This document shows positions 36,346 through 48,790 of a DNA stretch of 64,000 bases, in pieces. Position numbers and translations under genes: made by a program. This stretch comes from Chiloscyllium plagiosum (lineage: Eukaryota), in NCBI RefSeq assembly GCF_004010195.1, contig NC_057719.1, positions 79,472,503-79,536,502 on the forward strand, read 5' to 3'. The notes under the pieces were generated by a model, which was not told the origin of the DNA, made no database searches, and saw only the letters and a program-made list of their open reading frames with translations. Position 1 is the stretch's first letter. The number at the start of each line of letters is the position of its first letter.

Positions 36346-36875
36346 ATGTTGTGAGTCATTGCACTGCCTCTCTCGCCACCGCTGCAGATGCAGGGGATGT
36401 TTATTGCCGCCATGCTGGGCTCAATCTCACCCATGCTAGGCTTGCTGTCCTCTGCTTTGGGCTCACTCTCTCACTCCCTCTCCCCTCCCCGTGCTCTCTC
36501 ACTGTCCCCTGCGCTGGCTCGATCTCTCCACAGAAGGCAAGTAGATTAGGTAAGAAAAAAAGAAGCAGTGAAGGCTGAAAAAGAAAATAAAAGCGCACGG
36601 AGAAGATGAGCTGCTATTGCTCTGCCATCTTTGTCTCCGACTAGCCCATCTCCCTATCCTGACAAAGAGTATCTCTATTCCCAACACCACACATGACCTC
36701 CACTCCCACCCTGCAGCCCACCACAGTCCCTACCGACCACGTTTTGTTTCAGTGAAGCCTATCTGATCAGTATAGCCACACTCATCCCAAAGGTACCCTT
36801 TCCTCCCTATATGAAAATCCACATATTTATCTGCCTGTTAATCCTATGTCCCTTTTCACTGCCATTTAAAATGGG

Positions 36876-37034
36876 TGATAGAGTCATAGAGATGTACAGC
36901 ACGGAAACAGACCCTTCAGTCTCACATGTAGGTGCCGACCAGATATCCCAACCTAATCTAGTCCCCTTTGCCAGCACCTGGCCCATATCCCTTCAAACCC
37001 TTCCTAGTCATATACACATCCAGATGTCTTTTAA
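36876..37034 (-). mobile_element. CR1 3' end (continues at 39600-39940)
   Basis: atagagtcatagagatgtacagcacggaaacagaccc; ends at cagatgtcttttaa and resumes as aaatgctgtaattgtac at 39601. Confidence 0.85.
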
Positions 37035-37578
37035 CAGGATAGATCGAGTGAATCCTTAGAAGGGTTTAAAGAAAGTAAGAGTATACTTAAGAGGGAAATC
37101 TGGAGGGCAAAAAGGGGACATGAGATAGCTTTGGCAAATAGAATTAAGGAGAAACCAAAGGGGTTTTACAAATACATTAAGGACAAAAGGGTAACTAGGG
37201 AGAGAATACGGCCACTCAAAGATCAACAAGGTGGCCTTTGTGTGGGGCCGCAGAAAATGGAGGAGATACTAAATGAGTATTTTGCATCGGTATTTACTGT
37301 GGAAAAGGCTGTGGAAGATATAGACTGTAGGGAAATGGATGGTGACATCTTGCAAAATGTCCAGGTTACAGAGGAGAAAGTGCTGGATGTCTTGAAACAG
37401 GTAAAGGTGGATAAATCCCCAGGACCTGATCAGGTGTACCCGAGAACTCTGTGGGAAGCTAGAGAAGTGATTGCTGGGCCTCTTGCTGAGATATTTGTAT
37501 CATCAATAGTCACAGGTGAGGTGCAGGAAGACTGGAGGTTGGCAAACGTGGTGCCACTGTTTAAGAAGGGTGGTAAAG

Positions 37579-37710
37579 GGTTCTTGAAGAAGGGCTCATG
37601 CCTGAAACGTTGATTCTCCTGCTCCTTGGATGCTGCCTGACCTGCTGCGCTTTTCCAGCAACACATTTTCAGCTCTGATCTCCAGCATCTGCAGTCCTCA
37701 CTTTCTCCTA
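37579..37710 (+). mobile_element. Penelope-derived short element (family B) inserted in CR1
   Basis: ttgaagaagggctcatgcctgaaacgttg (mutated hammerhead core) ...ccagcatctgcagtcctcactt; gtaaag duplicated at 37573-37578 and 37711-37716. Confidence 0.85.
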
Positions 37711-38563
37711 GTAAAGACAAGCCAGGGAACTATAGACCGGTGAGCCTGACCTCGGTGGTGGGCAAGTTGTTGGAGGGAATCCTGAGGGACAGGATATACA
37801 TGTATTTGGAAAGGCAAGGACTGATTAGGAATAGTCAACATGGCTTTGTGCGTGGGAAACCATGTCTCACAAACTTGATCGAGTTTTTTGAAGAAGTAAC
37901 AAAGAGGATTAATGAGGGCAGAGCAGTAGATTTGATCGATATGGACTTCAGTAAGGCATTCGACAAGGTTCCCCTGGGAGACTGATTAGCAAGGTTAGAT
38001 CTCTTGGAATACAGGGAGAACTAGCCATTTGGATACAGAACTGGCTCAAAGGTAGAAGACAGAGGGTTGTGGTGGAGGGTTGTTTTTAAAACTGGAGGCT
38101 TATGACCAGTGGAGTGCCACAAGGATCGGTGCTGGATCCTCTACTTTTTGTCATTTAAATAAATGATTTGGACGCGAGCTTAAGAGGTACAGTTAGTAAG
38201 TTTGCAGATGACACCAAAATTGGAGGTGTAGTGGACAGCAAAGCGGGTTACCTCAGATTACAACAGGATCTGGACCAGATGGACCAAGGGGCTGAGAAGT
38301 GGCAGATGGAGTTTAATTCAGAGAAATGCGAGATGCTGTATTTTGGGAAAGCAAATCTTAGCAGGACTTATACACTTAATGGTAAGGTCCAAGGGAGTGT
38401 TGCTGAACAAAGAGATCTTGGAGTGCAGGTTCATAGCTCCTTGAATGTGGAGTCGCAGGTAGATAGGATAATGAAGAAGGCGTTTGGTATGCTCTCCTTT
38501 ATTGGTCAGAGTATTGAGTACAGGAGTTGGGAGGTCATGTGCGGCTGTACAGGACATTGGTTA

Positions 38564-39543
38564 NNNNNNNNNNNNNNNNNNNNNNNNNNNNNNNNNNNNN
38601 NNNNNNNNNNNNNNNNNNNNNNNNNNNNNNNNNNNNNNNNNNNNNNNNNNNNNNNNNNNNNNNNNNNNNNNNNNNNNNNNNNNNNNNNNNNNNNNNNNNN
38701 NNNNNNNNNNNNNNNNNNNNNNNNNNNNNNNNNNNNNNNNNNNNNNNNNNNNNNNNNNNNNNNNNNNNNNNNNNNNNNNNNNNNNNNNNNNNNNNNNNNN
38801 NNNNNNNNNNNNNNNNNNNNNNNNNNNNNNNNNNNNNNNNNNNNNNNNNNNNNNNNNNNNNNNNNNNNNNNNNNNNNNNNNNNNNNNNNNNNNNNNNNNN
38901 NNNNNNNNNNNNNNNNNNNNNNNNNNNNNNNNNNNNNNNNNNNNNNNNNNNNNNNNNNNNNNNNNNNNNNNNNNNNNNNNNNNNNNNNNNNNNNNNNNNN
39001 NNNNNNNNNNNNNNNNNNNNNNNNNNNNNNNNNNNNNNNNNNNNNNNNNNNNNNNNNNNNNNNNNNNNNNNNNNNNNNNNNNNNNNNNNNNNNNNNNNNN
39101 NNNNNNNNNNNNNNNNNNNNNNNNNNNNNNNNNNNNNNNNNNNNNNNNNNNNNNNNNNNNNNNNNNNNNNNNNNNNNNNNNNNNNNNNNNNNNNNNNNNN
39201 NNNNNNNNNNNNNNNNNNNNNNNNNNNNNNNNNNNNNNNNNNNNNNNNNNNNNNNNNNNNNNNNNNNNNNNNNNNNNNNNNNNNNNNNNNNNNNNNNNNN
39301 NNNNNNNNNNNNNNNNNNNNNNNNNNNNNNNNNNNNNNNNNNNNNNNNNNNNNNNNNNNNNNNNNNNNNNNNNNNNNNNNNNNNNNNNNNNNNNNNNNNN
39401 NNNNNNNNNNNNNNNNNNNNNNNNNNNNNNNNNNNNNNNNNNNNNNNNNNNNNNNNNNNNNNNNNNNNNNNNNNNNNNNNNNNNNNNNNNNNNNNNNNNN
39501 NNNNNNNNNNNNNNNNNNNNNNNNNNNNNNNNNNNNNNNNNNN
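38564..39543. other. Assembly gap (980 N)
   Basis: Run of N. Confidence 1.
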
Positions 39544-39599
39544 TGGGTTGGACCGAAGGGTCTGTTTCTGTGCTGTACACTTCTATGACTCTATGACTC

Positions 39600-39940
39600 T
39601 AAATGCTGTAATTGTACTAGCCTCCACCACTTCCTCTGGCAGCTCATTCTACACATGCACAACCCTTTGCATGAAAAAGCTGCCCCTTAAGTCTCTTTTA
39701 TATCTTTCCCCTCTCACCCTAAACCTATGCCCTCTGCTTCTGGACCCACCTACCCCACAGAAAAAGCTTTTTGTATTTACCCTATCCATGCCCCTCATGA
39801 TTTTATAATCCTCTATAAGGGCACCCCTCAACCTCCGACACTCCAGGGAAAACAGCCCCAGCCTAGCCAGCCTCTCCCTAAAACACAAATCCTCGAACCC
39901 TGGCCACATCCTTGTAACCCTTTCTGAACCCTTTCAAGTA
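39600..39940 (-). mobile_element. CR1 3' fragment (host of the 37035-39599 insertion)
   Basis: ORF 39649-39909 LGLFSLECRRLRGALIE..RGHRFRVRGERY. Confidence 0.9.
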
Positions 39941-40349
39941 CTTCAGAAAGTAGTCTACCCTATCTCATCCTTTTAAGCTTCCTTATTAATGCCCTCTGTT
40001 TAGCATGAGGGACCGCATGTTTACACATATCTATGTTATTTGAATCCATTTGGAGAACCATTGGCTCTTTAGATCATCCTTTACATTCTGTCAACATCAA
40101 ATTCTCTTCCTTTACACTCCATTTTGTTTCACTGGTGAGGGAACAACAGAAACTACTGGAAATACTCAGCAAGTCTAGCAGCACCTGTAGTGAGAGAGCG
40201 AGAGAGACAGAGGTAACATTGCAAGTTGGTGACTTTCCATTTCTCATTTTTTTGGGTCTGGTTTGCGCAGATTTGCCTATGTAAACTGCATAATTTAATC
40301 TCTGAATATCAAACATTTTTTGCCACATACCTCTCCTGTCCTGTTGGAT

Positions 40350-40710
40350 CGACTCAGTGCCTTCATTGCTCAGACCTTTGAGTGTACAAGTTGGGATGTT
40401 ACATTGAGGTTATACAGGATGTTGGAGAGGTTTGTTCTGGAGTACTATGTCCAGTCCTGGTCACCCTGTTATGGGGAGGATATTATTAAGCTCTGGAGAG
40501 GGTTAGTAGATTTACCAGGACGTTGCTGGGAATGGAGGGTTTGAGTTATAAAGAAAGGCTGAATAGGCTGGGACATTTTTCACTGGAGTGTAGGAGGTTG
40601 AGGGGTGACCTTATGGAGATTTATAAAATCATGAGGGATATAGAAAGGGTGAATGGCAGGTCTCTTATCCTTATGGTGGGAGACTTCAAGAGCAGGAGGC
40701 ATACATTTCC
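40350..40710 (+). mobile_element. CR1 ORF2 C-terminal fragment
   Basis: LEYYVQSWSP and LSYKERLNRLG.FSLECRRLRGDL. Confidence 0.85.
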
Positions 40711-41738
40711 GGATTGTAATTCATTGACCACAAAGTACTTAGGCACTTTCTGAGGCAGTGGAAGGTGCCATGTAAATGCAAACTTGTCCCATCTTTTGGT
40801 TCTTGTTGCATGCAGCCAATTACTTGGTATTTGTCATCACATACCATCTGGGCCACAGAGAAATGGGATTTTCACACAGACCTCCCAGGGACACAGCTGC
40901 CTCGAACCATTTACAAAATAAAGTTGGAGTCACTCCATTTAAAATTGTAGAAATATTAGTCTGTGGCACAGAGGGTTTCCAGGAAATATTCAAACAAACA
41001 TTTCTTATTGCTGTTCTTTCCTACAATGGAATAAAACTATCTCACCCAAGCGACCATTTGCTATGTGTGAGCTTGGAAAAGGTGGGGTAAAATTTGCATT
41101 TATATAGCACCAGTGTCCCAAAGTAACTCACCGCTATCCCTATGAGGTGTAGTCACAGTTGCAGTGTAGGCTCCCTGCCAGAATACACAACAAAGCAGCA
41201 TTGCTAACATGATCATCTGTTGCAGAGATGTTGGTTAGGATTAGAATTAGTCAATCTAAATTGGTGGCACAAGCTGAAGGACCTGTTCCTGTCCTGTATT
41301 GAGTTGTATTAATATTGGCCCAAAGATCAAAGCGTATTTCACGCTCTTCTTCAAACCATACCCTGGTGTCTTTACCTCAACCTGAGCTTCTTAATCCGAG
41401 CAAGGCATCTCCAATGCTGAGCCACATCTCTGTTCTATACTGGAATGTAAGCCTGGATTATGTGTCTCTGGAGTGGGACTTAAACCATAACATCTCACTC
41501 AGGGGAAAGAACGTTATACCAACAAAGCACTTTGAGAAGGAGCGTTATCGTCTGCAAAAACAAGGACTGAATCGTTTGAACCACAGGCCAAGGTCAATGA
41601 TGTCCTCACACAATGAGGATACTTTCACACAGGGATAGAGGTAGTGGCCAATTTTAACCCATCCCTCCTTAACACAGTGGAGCTGTAGTGACTCTATGTC
41701 TGTCTTATTTGAGCTAATATGGGTACAGTATTGTGGTG

Positions 41739-41830
41739 TCAAAAGAGAAAATGCTGGAAAATCTCAGCAGGTCTGGCAGCATCTGTAAGGAGAGAAAAAA
41801 GCTGACATTTCGAGTCTAACTGACCCTTTA
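41739..41830 (-). mobile_element. Short Penelope-derived element
   Basis: aatgctggaaaatctcagcaggtctggcagcatctg...tttcgagtc; 15-bp TSD tacagtattgtggtg at 41724-41738 and 41831-41845. Confidence 0.8.
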
Positions 41831-42059
41831 TACAGTATTGTGGTGGTTTATACAACTGGACAGATCATCCGGAGAATGTGGATTCACATCTGACCAGAAC
41901 TGTTTATGACTTGAATTCAGTTTGAAAGATTTCAAAATTAAAAACAGGCATCAGTAAAACTGATCATGAGTCATTACAAGCCTGACTGTTTCATTAATAG
42001 TCCTTCAGGGAAAGTAAATCTTCTCCTTACCCACTTCAGATCCACACAAATACAGTTGA

Positions 42060-42336
42060 ATCATAGAGTTGTACAGCATGGAAACACACTCTTCAGTCTA
42101 ATTCATCCATGCCGACCTCTGGCAGTTCATTCCATACACGTACCACCCTATGCGTGAAAGAAATTGACCCTTAGGTCTCTTTTAAATCTTTCCCCTCTCA
42201 CCTTAAACATAAGCCCTCCCAGTTTTGGACTACCCCACCCAGGGGAAAAGAACTTGGCTGCTCATTGTATTTATGCCCCTCATGATTATATAAATCTCTA
42301 TAAGGTCAGCCCTCAGCCTCTGACACTCCAGGGAAA
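42060..42336 (-). mobile_element. CR1 3' fragment with an internal deletion
   Basis: tcatagagttgtacagcatggaaac...cccctctcaccttaaac...ccctcagcctctgacactccagggaaa. Confidence 0.85.
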
Positions 42337-42729
42337 TTCAATTGCTCCTCAAGTTCCTTCTTAGACTGGAATGGCCTCCTAGGCCCCAAATAAGGTTTGG
42401 GGTAACTGACAGGCCCACAAAAAAATTCCCCTCACAGCAATCAAGCACTGTAAGCAGGATAGATTGGTGGAGAATGGGACTATTGCCCCTTACTGAGCTC
42501 CTCTAGAGCATAGTAGTGACTACAACCAGCCCCTAACAAAGAGTGCCCAGTTGACCCTGGAGCGTGTTAACTTGACGATACCAGATAAGGAGGGTTTGGC
42601 CATTTTTGGAGGGCGCAGGAGATAGTCTGAGGAGTAGGAGGACTGGAAGAAAGGAAGGTACCAAGTGGGGGTACTCCCAAAGCAAGGAGATGTGACAAGT
42701 AGTTGTGCATAGCTGAGGAAGCAAATAGT

Positions 42730-43880
42730 TATTATTGCTCTAACATATCTTCAAGCCCTTCTATCCTATCCAACAGCTAACAAATGTAAGTGTCCCAACT
42801 GCATTCTTGACCAACTTACTCAAAGATAGCCTATCCTATTCAGTTTTTCATCATTTATTCCAAGTTTAAAGGACAGAAGATTTATTTTGCCTGAAGGACT
42901 ATTAGTGAAACAGTGTCTCGTGTCTAGTTTTCCCTCAACAAGGTTATTACCTCACATTCCTCTGGATTGAATACACTTTGCCACTTTTCAGACCACCTGA
43001 CCAGTCCATTGATACTTTTCTGCAATCTACACCACATATCGAGTTTTTGGATCATGCGCAACTTCTTTATTTTTCCTCCCACATTTAAGTCTAAATGATC
43101 AATATTTATTGACCACAGAAAGGCTAGGAAACCAGTCCTGAGTGAACCTCACTGGAAACTACTTCTCAGTCATAAAGAAGTCCATCAACCATTACCATTG
43201 TTTACTGCCATTCAAGTCAATACAGGATTAAACTTGCCACTTTCCCTTGGATCCCAGTGTTTTTTCCATTCTGACCAGTGTGTCATGTGGGACCCTGTCA
43301 AAAATCTTGCTATTGTCCATTTAGACTACATTGGCCATGTTAATTAACCATGGGAAATGAAGGTTACAGGGATAGGGTAGCGGGGTGAGTCTGGGTGGGA
43401 TGCTATTCGGAGGGTCGGTGTGGATTCAGTGGGCCGAATAACCTGCTTCCACACTTTTGGGATTCTGCAATTCTATCAAACTTGCTAATCTCACTGACCC
43501 TGCTTATTACTTCCTCAAAACATTCAGTCAAATTAGGCAGACACGACATTCCCTTAACGAATTCAAGCTGAATGTCATTGATTAATCAGTGCCTTTCCAA
43601 ATAACAATTTCTAACGCCACTCAGAATTCTTTGGCAATAGTTAGTCCAAGACTGAGGTTAGGGTGTCTGGCTTATAAATACTCTGTCTATATAATCCTTC
43701 GTCTCTAAACAATGATGCAATGTTAGCAGTTCTCCAGTCCTCTGGCACCATTCCTTCAACCAGAGAGAATTGGCAAATGATAGTTAGAGTCTTCCCTATT
43801 TCTTCTCTCGCTCTTCCTAACGGTTAGGATAGCTGCACAAGGCCTGTTGATCTATTGACATTGCTGATGGTAAACTTTGG
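42730..43880 (-). mobile_element. Old CR1 RT region, with a HE1 3' fragment (+, about 43330-43470) inside
   Basis: Reverse-strand CR1 RT hallmarks (tgtcaaaa.tcttgcta.tgtccat; ttctccagtcctctggcacca). Confidence 0.65.
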
Positions 43881-43894
43881 AATGTTTCCTCTCT

Positions 43895-45135
43895 CACAGG
43901 GGAGATGAGATATCAAAGCCACATTTGACTGAGTGGGGCATCAAAGAGCTGGAGGCAAAATAATCAATGGAAATCGGGGAAATAACTCTCCGCTGCTTGG
44001 AGGAATTCCTCAGGGAAATGCCTTTGGTGCAGCCATCTTCAGCTGCTCCATCAATGATCTTCCCTCCATCATAAGGTCAGAAGTGGGGATGTTTGCCAAT
44101 GATTGCACAGTGTTCAGCGCCATTCGCGACTCCTCAAACGCAGAAGACATCCATGTTCAAATGCAACAAGACCTGGACAACATCCAGGCTTGGTCTGATA
44201 AGTGCTGAGTAACATTTGAATGATACAAGTGCCAGATAATAACCATCTCTGATCAACCCTCAAAAGTCAATGATATTGCCATTGCTAAATCATCCATGAT
44301 CAACGTATGGGGGGTTACCATTGAATAGAAACTGAACTGGACTAACCATGTAAACACAGTGGCTATAACAGCAGGTTGGTCACTATGAACCTTGCAGTAA
44401 GTAACTCACCTCCTGAGTCCCCAGAGCCCTGTCCACCTTCTACAAGGCATAAGGCAGGAATATGATGGAATACTCCCCACTTGCCTGGATGGGTGCAGCT
44501 CCAACAACATTCAAGAAGCTTGACACCATCCAGGACAAAGCAGCCCGCTTGGTTGGCATCATTCTAAACAACAATCCCTAATAAATAGAATCTCATGTAT
44601 TGTTTGCTCCTCGTATAGAATCTTTGTTAATTCAGTGTTTAACATTACCTATGTTAAATGCCCTAAAAGAATTGTTTTAATCAAATGTTAAACTCAGTCA
44701 TTTAATGGTGACACAGGCTCTGTCGGACATTTTAAAAATGCCAGGACAAAACAGCCCGCTTGATTGGCACCACAACCTCAAATATTCATTCCCCCTAACA
44801 CTGATGCATATAAACAGTAGTGGGTACTATCTACAAGATGAAATTAGCAACGGTCCTCCAGCAGCACCTTCCAAATCCATGCCACTGTCGCGTAGAAGAA
44901 CAAAGACAGAAGTTACATGAGAACACCACCATTCTCCAAACCACGCAGCTTCCTGTCCTGGAACTATAATGCTGTTCCTTCGGTGTCACTGGATCAAAAT
45001 CAAGGACCACCCTTCCTAACATTGTTGTGGTCTTTCACACCTGGACTGCAACAATTTATGAAGACAGCTCACCACCAGCTTCTCAAGGGCAAGTAGGAAT
45101 AGACAACAAACACAGCGATACTCATGTCCCATCTA
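43895..45135 (+). mobile_element. L2/CR1-group LINE RT and 3' end, interrupted at 44562-44740
   Basis: GIPQGNAFG..IFSCSINDLPSIIRSEVGMFANDCTVF...QQDLDNIQAWSDK; AAPTTFKKLDTIQDKAARL. Confidence 0.85.
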
Positions 45136-45499
45136 TGTGGGAAATAATTATGTATTAATGACTTTGATATTTCACATTCCTCTTTTTAAGCACAATGGCT
45201 GCATTAACCTGTCTTTTGTAGAGCTATGTGCAAAATATTCTCTAAAACTGATGAGCCATTTCTTCCACCTCCACCCATAAGTTGTCTATCTGATCTCCAA
45301 TTGGATCAAATCCTTCCTCAGTTATAATTTTGTCTGTTTTGCAGTTAGGAACTATTTTCCTTGATTGTACTTAATTTTTCATGTGCTGACTTTACTTTCT
45401 CAACCAACTTTTTTTCATTACTTTTTTCTAACTAACTTTTTCTGTTCTGTACTTACATCTCAGTGTGGACCTCTCAGTACCTGACCTTTCCTGTACTAT

Positions 45500-45790
45500 T
45501 CACTCACGAGATGTGCACGTGACTGGTTGGGCCAGTATTTTATTACCTGTCCCTAGTTGCTCTTGAGAAGGTGGTTGTGAACTGCTTTCTTGAACTGCTG
45601 CAGTCCATGTGCTGTAGATAGACCCACAGTGCCAGCAGGGAGATTTTATCCCAGCGACAGTGAAGGGACGGTGATATATTTTCAAGTCAGGGCTTGCAGG
45701 TGGTGGTGTTCCCATGTATCGGCTGACCTTGTCCTTCTACATAGAAATGTTTGTGGGTTTGCAAGGTGCTGTCGCAGGATCTTTGGTAAT
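45500..45790 (-). mobile_element. L2/CR1-group LINE 3' end
   Basis: cttgagaaggtggttgtgaactgctttcttgaactgctgcagtcc, shared with the 61985-62200 copy. Confidence 0.75.
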
Positions 45791-47339
45791 TTTGGTGACC
45801 TAAGCTTGCCTTAACATGTTCTATTTACTGTTTGATTGTGTGTGGGGATTTAGATTTCAGAGTACCACCCTTTGGCTTTGAGGGAACGTGTTTGCTCTGA
45901 AGCCTTTTTATCTCCTCCTTGAATGTCTCCCTCCGCTCTGAGATTGATTTTTTTCACATATATATTTTCAACCCATTTTGGTCAAGTCATATTGCAGCTC
46001 AATAGTTCTGGTCTTTTTTCAGTTTTTCACTTGATTCTTAAGTTATCCCTTTACTTTTCCGAAAGCTAAAGCTAAATGACTAACTTAGCTCACATCGGAA
46101 TATTTTCCCAGTGACACCCCCCCCCCCCCCCCCCTTCATTTCCTTAAGTTAAAGCCAGCACTACCTCTTAGATAGGAGCACAGTCTGGTATGTTTCACCA
46201 GTGTGCATTCTTAGATTTGGAGGAGGTTACAGTGAAAGCGAAGGATCATGGAAGGATTCAAAAAGAAGGAGCAGAATTTCAAAAACATTGCATGCATCAC
46301 CCACAACACTCCAGCCCTCAAGGCTGTTTCACTGTGAAACTGGCATTTCGCAGACACAGTCTTTCTAAACAAGCAACAATCCCCGATAAATACAGAGTCT
46401 AGTGTATTGTTCGCTCCTCATATAGAATCCTTATTAATCCAATGATTAATGCTACTTATGCTAAATGACTAAAAGGAATTATTCTAATAAAATTGGATGC
46501 CTGTTTAACTTGGTCATTTAATGGTTACACTGGCTCTATCACTCAACTTAAAAATGTCTATCCATTGAATTCCTTAACAGCACCCTCCGGTAAGATCTTA
46601 AAGGGCTTTACTTTTGATGTAGCACAACTTACAAGATCTGAGGGACAGAACAGGAAGGTCTGTGCCTGGGGAGTCAGAAAACTACTGACTGGCAGAGAAA
46701 AACACAGCTCGTAAACACATTAAATAATAGAAGTTATCATTTCAAAAACTGGCAACAGTGGAAATGTATTCTTATTGCACGAATTGTATGAGTCCTACTC
46801 ATGGGATCCAGGCATTGTAATGTTCAGCACTGGCTTCCTGTTCTTCAGCTCGTGAAATCCTATGAGGAATTGCAGTGACAAAAGTCACTCCCACACCAAC
46901 AATCTCTGTTCTATTCATGGAATTCTACTCTGCAAATTACCACGACAAAATACATCCTGTATTGGTCATCTGAGTTAGCATAGAGATGCCCTTCACCCCA
47001 TCGCAACTCTGCTGCTCAGCACATTGTAAGTAGCTTAATTGAATGAAGTATGGTTAGGCACTTCATAGGAACTTTATCAAAGGAAGTTTGATGCTGATTC
47101 ACATGAGGAGGTATGAGGGTAGGTGACCGGAAGGCGAGAAGAAACCAGTGGTATAAAAGAGCACCTTAAAGAATAAGAAGCTGTTGGGGAAGTGATGAGG
47201 TGTAGGGAGGAAATTCCGAGTCCGTGGTTAAAGCAGCTAAAGGGATAGTCAGCAAAGATGGAGCAACAAGGAGTGGGGTGGGGAGGTGCCTTGCCTAAAT
47301 TAGAGAAGCCTAGCGGTCTCTGAGGATTGGAGAACTGGA

Positions 47340-47987
47340 TTGTAGCGCAGGGTCCAGCGGCACTGATGGTGGCACCATCGGTGAGGTCAATCTAGTGGCG
47401 ATGGTGTTGGTGGAGGGGAGATGGCACCAGAGAGTGGCAACTCCTTGTTGCAGCAGCGGCACAATGACACGTGATTGCAGCAGCGTGGTCGGTTGAGCAT
47501 CACAGACGTGAAGCATCGGGGTAGAGGAGTCTGGATCCAGGCCCAAGCCTGAGCTTGAAGCGGGAGCTGTTCCAAGGACAACCTAATTTCATTGAGATAA
47601 GTCTATGAGGTGAACTTCATTGTTTTACATTTCTGGCTTTATATTCGGTGGTTTGGTTTATTTTCTGTGTTTCAAGATGGCGCCGGAGAGTGGGCGACTC
47701 TAAACAACACTTTTAACGACACAGTTGATTCTTCTATATTGTGATGGTCGTGTTCTTGAGCAACTCCGCATTTTAGAAAAATCGCGCTTTAGAAACGGTG
47801 CTTACCGTGTTGGCGATGTAATCATATTACAGCCAACCCACGTTTTAAAAGTTCATGCTTTCGAAACAATGTCCCCAATTCGTCAATCACATTACGGCAA
47901 GTTTGCGTTAACAAAGTGCACGTAATAGCAGAGTGACCTGTACTTATATAAATACACGTGACAAATAAATCAAATCAAATCAAATCA
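47340..47987 (+). mobile_element. Non-autonomous element with Rex/Babar-like tail, containing a MITE
   Basis: GC-rich body, caagatggcgcc at 47673-47684, tacacgtgacaaataaa(tcaaa)n end. Confidence 0.6.
47722..47940. mobile_element. Tc1/mariner (pogo/Tigger-like) MITE
   Basis: Imperfect terminal inverted repeats cagttgattcttctata / tagcagagtgacctg; flanks are ca and ta (one mutated TA); CpG-rich interior. Confidence 0.65.
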
Positions 47988-48458
47988 ACTAGGGAGGTTC
48001 ACAGAGGTAGAAGGGGTTTGAGGACACGAATGGATTTGGAAAGGAAAACAGGAATTTTAATGTTGAGTTGTGGCTGGACGGGAATCTGATGCTGCGTAGC
48101 AAGCACAAAGGTAATGAGTGAAAGGGACTTTGTGCAAGTTAGACTGTGGCAGCCAAGTACTGCATGAGCTCAGACTGACAGGAGGTGAAGTGTGGGAGGC
48201 CTAGGCTGGAAAGTTTTTGTATCCAGACCTTTGTTATCTCTGAACCTAAAGCCTAATGATAACAACGTTATGTTTGAGAATTCCATAAGGCAGGATGTCA
48301 TGGTGATGGAATAGCCTTGGTGGGGAATTAGATATTATGTCAAAAGTACTTTTCAGGGTCAAGTTGGATGGAATCTCTATTTCTTTTATTCATACCAAGG
48401 TTAGTATTTACCAACCTTTGCCTAACTGCTTTGGATAAGCTGTTGGTGAGCTCCCTTC

Positions 48459-48790
48459 ATAGAATCCCTACAGTGTGGAAGCAGGCCATTCAACCCATAC
48501 CAACCCTTGCAAGAGCATCCCATTCAGACCTACCCTGGCCTTGTAACCATGCATTTCCCATGGCTAATCCACTTAACCTGCATATCTCTAGACACTATGG
48601 GCAATTTAGCCTGGCCAATCCACCTAATCTGCACATCTTTGAACTGAGGGAGGAAACCAGAGCATCCAGAGAAATCCTACACAGACACGGAGAATGCGCA
48701 AACTCCACACAGACAGTTGCCTGAGGCTGGAATTGAACCTGGGTCTCTGGTGTTGTGAGGTAGCAATGCTAACCGCTAAGCCACTGTGTT
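48459..48790 (-). mobile_element. HE1/V-SINE-type SINE
   Basis: atagaatccctacagtgtggaagcaggcc...aaactccacacagacagt...gagccactgtg-like end. Confidence 0.9.

Larger units (their letters stand above)
35312..36640 (-). mobile_element. Non-autonomous retroelement with Rex/Babar-like 3' tail and internal 40-bp VNTR
   Basis: Minus strand: aagatggc (36624-36631), GC-rich body, VNTR, then ttttcactgc...tacacacgacaata..ctaattct tail similar to 30924-30974. Confidence 0.6.
37035..39599 (+). mobile_element. 5'-truncated CR1 LINE nested in a minus-strand CR1; spans the assembly gap
   Basis: ORFs 37131-37613, 37740-37985 and 38168 onward with [25 protein letters not shown]; 3' UTR after the gap. Confidence 0.92.

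Noticed and set aside
38168..39808. ORFs of 339-546 aa
   Set aside because: They are artefacts of translating through N; the real part is CR1 RT.
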